32,000 nucleotides of DNA from Betaproteobacteria bacterium LSUCC0117 (GTDB taxonomy: Bacteria > Pseudomonadota > Gammaproteobacteria > Burkholderiales > Burkholderiaceae_C), in NCBI GenBank assembly GCA_030441535.1, contig JAUJFZ010000006.1, forward strand, positions 6,456-38,455, written 5' to 3'. The notes beneath the pieces were generated by a model. That model did no database searches, was not told where the DNA came from, and worked only from the letters and a program-made list of their open reading frames with translations. This document shows, piece by piece, positions 19,212-24,528 of this stretch. Numbering within the stretch: position 1 is the stretch's first letter; each line of letters opens with the position of its first letter. The translations under genes were made by a program, and so were the position numbers.

Positions 19212-19649
19212 TCATTTGCTAAAGCCAGCACGTAGGTTGTCACTGGCATTGGTAATCGCATCGTCAAGTTCGCCAGCAATTACCGCTTCCTTAAGCATTG
19301 ACAAAGTAGTCAGCAATTCATCACCAGAGCTAAGTTCAATGGCATTCTTCCCCTTAGCAAGCTCCAATGTCTTGCTTCCGTAGCGGACGCTTAGGTTAAT
19401 CTTGTTCGCTGGCGTTGTCCAAAACCATTCCTTAACACGCTTGGTAGTCTCTACAGCTACACGTTCACCTTCGGCATTAGTCACATTCTTAATACGCTTT
19501 GGAGCGTAAAAACGTCCTTCCTTTTGTGCTGTAGCAAGCTGTAGTTGTTCTTCAATCTTAGCCGCAAGCTTGTTTCTGCGAACGAGGATAGGGCTAAGGT
19601 TACGTTCACGCTTGCTTGCTACAAGTTTCAATTTGGCGATAAAAGTCAT
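19212..19649 (-). CDS. Hypothetical protein (145 aa), first gene of the leftward island operon
   Basis: ORF with SD AAGGAA. Basic N-terminal half, then KRVKEWFWTTPANKINLSVRYGSKTLELAKGKNAIEL and an acidic tail. No catalytic or HTH motif recognised. Confidence 0.6.
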   Translation of the reverse strand: MTFIAKLKLVASKRERNLSPILVRRNKLAAKIEEQLQLATAQKEGRFYAPKRIKNVTNAEGERVAVETTKRVKEWFWTTPANKINLSVRYGSKTLELAKGKNAIELSSGDELLTTLSMLKEAVIAGELDDAITNASDNLRAGFSK

Positions 19650-19679
19650 ACAAATTCCTTTTCGTAAAGTGGAATTTGT
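19650..19679. promoter_or_regulatory. Perfect 9-bp inverted repeat abutting the start codon of the 145-aa gene (operator or SD-sequestering hairpin)
   Basis: ACAAATTCC (19650-19658) - N12 - GGAATTTGT (19671-19679). On the minus-strand mRNA the 3' arm contains the SD (AAGGAA) and ends at the AUG. Confidence 0.45.
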
Positions 19680-19755
19680 ACTGTAGCTTCAGAACTTATT
19701 AAGGACAACCGAAAGGAAAATTTCTCCAATCCTTTGGTTTCGTATAAATAATAGT

Positions 19756-20280
19756 ATGAAACTACAAGAAATCCGCTCTCGTACAGCTTATGACCCTAAC
19801 GCTCTGCCTACACAGAAGGCAGCGGTACGTGCTTGGTTAGGTGGAATGAGTAAGGAATTTCCGCTGTCTTTGACGTTGACGCTTAAGCAAACCATTGTTG
19901 AGAAAAACGACAGAGGCGTGTACAGAAGAACTGTGAAGCGTGATGATTGCGAACGCATAGCCAAACGCTTCATACAAAAACTGAACAGACAAGTGTTCGG
20001 AAAGTATGCGGCAGACAAGTGCGGTAAGTCACTAAAGTATTTGCCAATCGTTGAAGGTGAGAGAAGCAATAAGCATCTTCATCTTCACTTTGCCATTGGT
20101 GGATTGCCAAGTCACGTTAAGTTTAATCAGTTTGACACGCTGGTTACCAATGCCAAGTTACAAGTTGAGAACATAGACAGCGAACACAAGGTGGACGTTA
20201 CCGACAGCGGTTGGATTTCGTACATCACTAAAGAGGTTGGCACAAAGGACACTGACAATGTCCTTTGGACTCTTTTCTAA
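19756..20280 (+). CDS. HUH-superfamily rolling-circle Rep-like protein (small; inovirus gpII/YagK-YfjJ-like layout)
   Basis: 174 aa with three motifs in canonical order. Motif I is FPLSLTLTL (aa 35-43), motif II is HLHLHFAI (aa 107-114, HUH), motif III is WISYITKE (aa 153-160, YxxK). No SD is present; TATAAA sits at 19743-19748, just upstream of the ATG, so the transcript may be leaderless. Confidence 0.6.
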   Translation: MKLQEIRSRTAYDPNALPTQKAAVRAWLGGMSKEFPLSLTLTLKQTIVEKNDRGVYRRTVKRDDCERIAKRFIQKLNRQVFGKYAADKCGKSLKYLPIVEGERSNKHLHLHFAIGGLPSHVKFNQFDTLVTNAKLQVENIDSEHKVDVTDSGWISYITKEVGTKDTDNVLWTLF

Positions 20281-20316
20281 AAGCATTACTGCCCTCGTTT
20301 GGCTCTTGCTTCGTCC

Positions 20317-20630
20317 TTAAAGCTGTAATAGCTTTAATTGGCGAAGCTATGTCTAAACACAATTAAACAGCTAAAGCTAACACTCAAACAGTCAAACACT
20401 GAAAGCAAAACAATAAAACTGAGTAGTACAGAGGTAAAGAATAAACAGCAGAAGCAAAGCTGACGCACTAAAACAAGCTACAAACGCTTCAAACAAGCTG
20501 AGCTAAGCTTGGGTAGCTGAGTAAGCTTAAAACAGCGTATAGGGCTTGTACGCAAGTCTGTTCGTATGTGGCTAAGCTGCCACAGCTTAAGAACAGCTAC
20601 AAAACCAAAGAGAATTACTAAAAGCTTTGT
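20317..20630 (+). repeat. AGCT-rich, A-skewed non-coding repeat region (candidate origin, recombination site or ncRNA)
   Basis: No ORF of 60 aa or more on either strand between 20281 and 20680. I count 16 AGCT tetramers between 20321 and 20626. Palindromes: TTAAAGCT-gtaat-AGCTTTAA (20317-20337) and TAAGCTG-cca-CAGCTTA (20573-20589). Direct repeats: AAACAAGCT at 20471 and 20491; AGCTGAGCTAAGCTT (20496-20510) versus AGCTGAG-TAAGCTT (20515-20528). Confidence 0.7.
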
Positions 20631-20768
20631 TTTTTAGGTTAAATATACATAACCTGTTGAAAACATTGAGGAAATTACTTTGGAACAAACAACGTCAAAA
20701 TCGGTAGGAATTAAGAAACAAAGAAAATACACTTTAGACATTGGAAAGCTTACATTAAGGAGAGCACT

Positions 20769-21345
20769 AATGTCCAAGCAAGCAAAAGTACTGACAGCAC
20801 AAGAAATCCGTAGGGTACTTGATTACGTGGCTACACGTCCACATTCAGTGCGTAATAGGGCGATGTTTTTGACGATGCTTTACGCAATGCTACGTGTCAA
20901 AGAGTGTGCCGCACTACGCTACGAAGATGTATTAGACGCAGAAGGCAAGATTAAAGCGGAGTTCTATCTGTCAGCTGAGCAAACCAAAGGGCGTAAGGGC
21001 GGGACTGTATTCGTCAGCGAAAAGCTTCGCAAAGAGCTACAAACCTACGTACGTGCGTTTCCGCCTAAGGCACTCAGTGACAAGCTTTTCTATTCACAGA
21101 AGCGTCCAAGTGAGGGTTGGAACAGCAACACGCTTTGCCAATTCTTCCATCACTTGTTCCGCAACTGTGACATTTCGGGTGGCACAAGTCATAGCCCAAG
21201 ACGCACTGGAATTACCAATTTGGCAGACAAAGGTGTCAGCGTTCGGGTTTTACAAAGCATTGCCCGTCACGCAAATATCTCAACCACTCAGTGCTACATA
21301 GACGTCAATGACGCTATGAAGCGGAAGGCTATTGAGTTAGTTTAA
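20769..21345 (+). CDS. Small tyrosine recombinase, essentially the catalytic domain only (FimB/FimE-sized)
   Basis: RHRY-type signatures: AMLRVKECAALRYEDV (Arg I), HSPRRTGITNL (HxxR), IARHANISTTQCYIDV (His and the Tyr nucleophile). Start set at ATG 20769, 8 nt after AAGGAG (192 aa). The track's TTG 20680 start has no SD. Confidence 0.85.
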
Positions 21346-21579
21346 GGCTTCGTCTAACTCGTCATCATCCATACCCCAAATTGCTTGGGCTATGACGTAC
21401 TTGTCAATCTCGATTTTGGCAGTATCAATCTCTGCCCACTTTAGATTGTCAAGAGCCTGAGCCGCTATTCCTTCCCAAGCTTCTTGTTCATCGACCTCCG
21501 ATGGAGATGTTTGATTATCAAAGTCAGCTCTGAGGAACGCAGTTGATATTGCTAGTCCAACGATAGCATCGATGTTCAT
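21337..21579 (-). CDS. Hyper-acidic small protein (80 aa; 19 Asp/Glu against 4 Lys/Arg)
   Basis: The ORF starts 10 nt downstream of the truncated H-NS-like gene on the same strand. The sequence ends ...WGMDDDELDEALN. Net charge is about -15 by my count. No family recognised. Confidence 0.6.
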   Translation of the reverse strand: MNIDAIVGLAISTAFLRADFDNQTSPSEVDEQEAWEGIAAQALDNLKWAEIDTAKIEIDKYVIAQAIWGMDDDELDEALN

Positions 21580-21588
21580 TTTCAGTCC

Positions 21589-21804
21589 TTACTTAGTTGT
21601 TTTCTTTGGTGCCGCTCTCTTAGCCGCTGTACCACGCTTCTTACGTGTAGCAAGTACGCCCTTAAAGTCTGACGTCTTGAAGCCGTAAAGCTTGATGTCA
21701 GCCTTCATCTTAGCCAATACGTTAGCTCGTTCCTTAAGCATTGCGTCTTCACGCTCAGCTTCAAGTTTGGCGATTTGGGCGTTGATTTCATCTACACGTG
21801 TCAT
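21589..21804 (-). CDS. Truncated H-NS-like protein (oligomerisation coiled-coil and basic linker only; no C-terminal DNA-binding domain)
   Basis: MTRVDEINAQIAKLEAEREDAMLKERANVLAKMKADIKLYGFKTSDFKG...RKKRGTAAKRAAPKKTTK* resembles the N-terminal two thirds of betaproteobacterial H-NS-like proteins (for example Bordetella BpH3, from memory). It stops just before where the (Y/F)R.P.TG.TW.GRG DNA-binding motif would begin. Start set at ATG 21804 (GGAG 8 nt upstream). The track's ATG 21855 lies inside the predicted promoters. Confidence 0.6.
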   Translation of the reverse strand: MTRVDEINAQIAKLEAEREDAMLKERANVLAKMKADIKLYGFKTSDFKGVLATRKKRGTAAKRAAPKKTTK

Positions 21805-21829
21805 TTGAGTGGCTCCATAAGTTATGACA

Positions 21830-21868
21830 TTGACAAGGTACTCTACAGTGGGCATAGTTGTGTGTCAA
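21830..21868. promoter_or_regulatory. Two fully overlapping divergent sigma70-like promoters (rightward to hsdM, leftward to the truncated H-NS operon)
   Basis: Plus strand: TTGACA (21830-21835) - 17 nt - CATAGT (21853-21858). Minus strand: TTGACA (complement of 21863-21868) - 17 nt - TAGAGT (complement of 21840-21845). Each -10 element lies in the other promoter's spacer. Confidence 0.45.
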
Positions 21869-21947
21869 CATTCCTTAGAATGACATCATCTATGCCGTAA
21901 GGATAAACCCTTACGAAACGCCATCCCAAAACTGAGAACCTGCCGCA

Positions 21948-23402
21948 ATGTTTGAGACTACTTTTCGCAATTTGGACGACACGCTACGCAAGGACGCAGG
22001 CTGTAGCAGTGAACTTGACTACATTGAACAGACAAGCTGGGTTCTGTTTCTCAAATATTTGGACGACTTTGAGGCAGACAGGGAAGCCGCCGCCAAGCTC
22101 AACGGCGAACGCTATCAACGCATCCTAAGCGATGAGTACGCTTGGACTACGTGGGCAATGCCTAAAACGGCAGATGGGAAGTTGGACTACAACAAGGCTC
22201 TGACTGGGGATGACTTAAAGGAGTTCGTAGACAACAAGTTGTTCCCATACCTCAAAAGCTTCCGTGTTACCGCAGAACGGGCAGATACGATTGAGTACAA
22301 GATTGGAGAGATATTCCACGAGCTTAAGAACAAGCTACAAAGTGGCTACAGCTTGCGTGAAGTCATCACAAAGGTGGATGAACTTCGATTTCGTAGCAAT
22401 GAAGAAAAGCACGAAATGTCCAGCTTATACGAGGACAAGATTAAGAATATGGGTAATGCGGGACGCAATGGTGGCGAATACTACACGCCACGCCCGCTAA
22501 TTAGGACAATCGTTAAGGTTGTTAACCCAAAGTTGGGCAACAAAGTCTATGACGGTGCTGTTGGTAGTGCGGGCTTCTTGTGTGAAGCCTATGAGTTTAT
22601 GCGTACCAGCAAACAGCTAACCGCTAAAGAATTTGAACAGCTACAGCGTAAGACGTTTTACGGCAAAGAGAAGAAGTCACTTGCCTACATCATTGGCGTA
22701 ATGAATATGATATTACACGGGATTGAAGCTCCTAATATCATTCACACCAATACCTTAGGAGAGAACATTGCTGACATACAGGAAAAAGATAGGGTAGATA
22801 TTGTGCTGGCTAATCCGCCATTTGGTGGTAGCGAGCGTGTGGAAGTACAAGAGAACTTTCCAATCCGAACAAGTGAAACAGCCTATCTTTTCCTACAGCA
22901 CTTCATTAAGATTTTGCGAGTTGGAGGACGCTGTGGCATTGTCATTAAGAACACGTTTCTCAGCAACACAGACAACGCAAGCGTGGCACTGAGAAAGCAA
23001 CTGCTGGAAGAGTGTGACTTACAGGCTGTGCTTGAGTTGCCAGGTGGTGCGTTTACAGGCACTGGTGTTAAGACTGTGGTTCTGTTCTTTGAGAAGGGTA
23101 GGGCTACCGAGAAGGTCTGGTACTACCAACTCAATTTGTCACGCAACTTGGGCAAGACCAATAGTCTTAATGAGCGTGACTTAGAGGAATTCATCACGTT
23201 ATCAGCCTCACAAGCTGACAGCGAAAATTCGTGGTCTGTGAACGTTAAGGACATTGACAAGTCAACTTGGGACTTAACGGCTAACAATCCTAACCGCAAG
23301 GACACAACAGACAAGCGTACGCCAGAAGAAATCTTGGCTGAGATAGAAGAACTGGATTTAGAAGCGGCGACGGCAATTGCGGCAATTAAGGAGTTGCTGT
23401 GA
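21948..23402 (+). CDS. hsdM: Type I restriction-modification system, DNA methyltransferase subunit M
   Basis: 484 aa. HsdM_N-type N-terminus (LRKDAGCSSELDYIEQTSWVLFLKYLDD), AdoMet motif VYDGAVGSAGFL, catalytic LANPPFGG. Confidence 0.95.
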   Translation: MFETTFRNLDDTLRKDAGCSSELDYIEQTSWVLFLKYLDDFEADREAAAKLNGERYQRILSDEYAWTTWAMPKTADGKLDYNKALTGDDLKEFVDNKLFPYLKSFRVTAERADTIEYKIGEIFHELKNKLQSGYSLREVITKVDELRFRSNEEKHEMSSLYEDKIKNMGNAGRNGGEYYTPRPLIRTIVKVVNPKLGNKVYDGAVGSAGFLCEAYEFMRTSKQLTAKEFEQLQRKTFYGKEKKSLAYIIGVMNMILHGIEAPNIIHTNTLGENIADIQEKDRVDIVLANPPFGGSERVEVQENFPIRTSETAYLFLQHFIKILRVGGRCGIVIKNTFLSNTDNASVALRKQLLEECDLQAVLELPGGAFTGTGVKTVVLFFEKGRATEKVWYYQLNLSRNLGKTNSLNERDLEEFITLSASQADSENSWSVNVKDIDKSTWDLTANNPNRKDTTDKRTPEEILAEIEELDLEAATAIAAIKELL

Positions 23403-24526
23403 GTAGTTTTACAGCTAAGCTTGGTGACATTTGCGAGATCAAGCGTGGAACAACTATTACCCAAAAAAACGCCATTGAAGGCGAGATACCAGTTGTTGCG
23501 GGTGGTATCAAGCCAACATATTTTCACAATACCGCTAACCGTACTGGTAAAACAATAACGATTAGTGGTTCTGGTGCTAATGCTGGGTATGTGAATTTTT
23601 GGAGCGTACCAATATTCGCCTCTGATTGTTCAACAGTTCAAGTTTTTAGAGACGACGTATGTGTGGAGTACATACACTATTTTTTATTAAGCAAGCAGGA
23701 ATTCATCTATAAAGAACTAAGAAGCGGTGCGGCTCAACCTCACGTTTATGGAAAAGACATTGCTCACATTGAAGTGAGTGTTCCTGAAATCCTTATTCAG
23801 AAAAAGATAGTCGCAAAACTTGACTCAATATTTGCTGAAATAGAGAAGGCTACGGCGGCGGCTGAGGCTAACGCTAAGAACGCTGAGGCACTTTTTCAGA
23901 GTTATTTGACGCAGATTTTTAATCGTAATAGTGATGATACCTTGTCGACTTTAGGGGAATATTACGATGTAAGAGATGGGACTCACGATTCGCCAAAGTT
24001 TTTTGATGAAGGATATCCCTTAATTACTTCGAAAAATCTGAGAAGTGGAGTAATTGACTTTTCTAATGTTCAGAACATCAGCAAAGAAGACTATAAGAGC
24101 ATTTCGCAAAGAAGTGATGTTAAAAAAGGTGATGTACTTATGGCTATGATTGGAACAATTGGAAATCCCGTCATTGTCGATACTGATATGGAGTTTGCCA
24201 TTAAGAATGTTGCGTTGTTCAAAACCAGCCAAAGTCAATCGCCAGAATTTTTACGTTATTACCTTAGTTCAGACTTTGTTGTAAAGAAAATGGAAAAAGA
24301 CGCAAAGGGTGCTACTCAAAAGTTTGTGGGGCTTGGATATTTGCGTTCATTTCCCATAAAGATACCTAAGTATGAGCAACAACTAAATGTTGTCAAAGAT
24401 TTAGAGAGGTATGAACGGCATACCAAAAAACTTCTAAATGCGTACAGAAATAAAGTCTCTGAATGTGTTTCACTCAAGAATTCAATCCTAAAGCAAGCCT
24501 TCGCTGGTGAGTTAGTTAAGGAGTAA
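23399..24526 (+). CDS. hsdS: Type I restriction-modification system, specificity subunit S
   Basis: 375 aa. The GTG start overlaps the hsdM stop (GTGA). Two target-recognition halves are separated by a central helical conserved region (KIVAKLDSIFAEIEKATAAAEANAKNAEALFQSYLTQIF). A matching C-terminal helix ends ...LKNSILKQAFAGELV. Confidence 0.9.
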   Translation: MSSFTAKLGDICEIKRGTTITQKNAIEGEIPVVAGGIKPTYFHNTANRTGKTITISGSGANAGYVNFWSVPIFASDCSTVQVFRDDVCVEYIHYFLLSKQEFIYKELRSGAAQPHVYGKDIAHIEVSVPEILIQKKIVAKLDSIFAEIEKATAAAEANAKNAEALFQSYLTQIFNRNSDDTLSTLGEYYDVRDGTHDSPKFFDEGYPLITSKNLRSGVIDFSNVQNISKEDYKSISQRSDVKKGDVLMAMIGTIGNPVIVDTDMEFAIKNVALFKTSQSQSPEFLRYYLSSDFVVKKMEKDAKGATQKFVGLGYLRSFPIKIPKYEQQLNVVKDLERYERHTKKLLNAYRNKVSECVSLKNSILKQAFAGELVKE

Positions 24527-24528
24527 AT

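Noticed and set aside
18834-19235. Gly-rich 133-aa plus-strand ORF, as an alternative to the Pro-rich minus-strand gene.
   Set aside because: It has no SD, and it spans the intergenic hairpin and the end of the next gene. Its Gly-rich sequence is simply the complement of the CCN-rich Pro tract. The minus-strand ORF has AAGGAG and a plausible folded N-terminus.
20281-20680. The AGCT-rich repeat region as a CRISPR array, or as a retron msr/msd.
   Set aside because: The repeats are short (9-15 bp), irregularly spaced and degenerate. There are no repeat-spacer units of 28-37 bp, and no cas genes or reverse transcriptase anywhere in the window.
21337-21804. The H-NS-like/acidic pair as a toxin-antitoxin module.
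   Set aside because: Neither product shows a toxin fold signature (no PIN, RelE, MazF, HipA or Doc motifs). The upstream protein aligns with the H-NS oligomerisation region, so an anti-silencing or DNA-mimic role fits the sequence better.
20769-24526. A classical phase-variable type I system (hsdS shuffling by the adjacent tyrosine recombinase).
   Set aside because: Only one hsdS is present. I found no partial hsdS' copies and no inverted repeats matching the hsdS conserved regions, and I found no convincing inverted repeat pair flanking the hsdM promoter region (20600-20768 versus 21805-21947).
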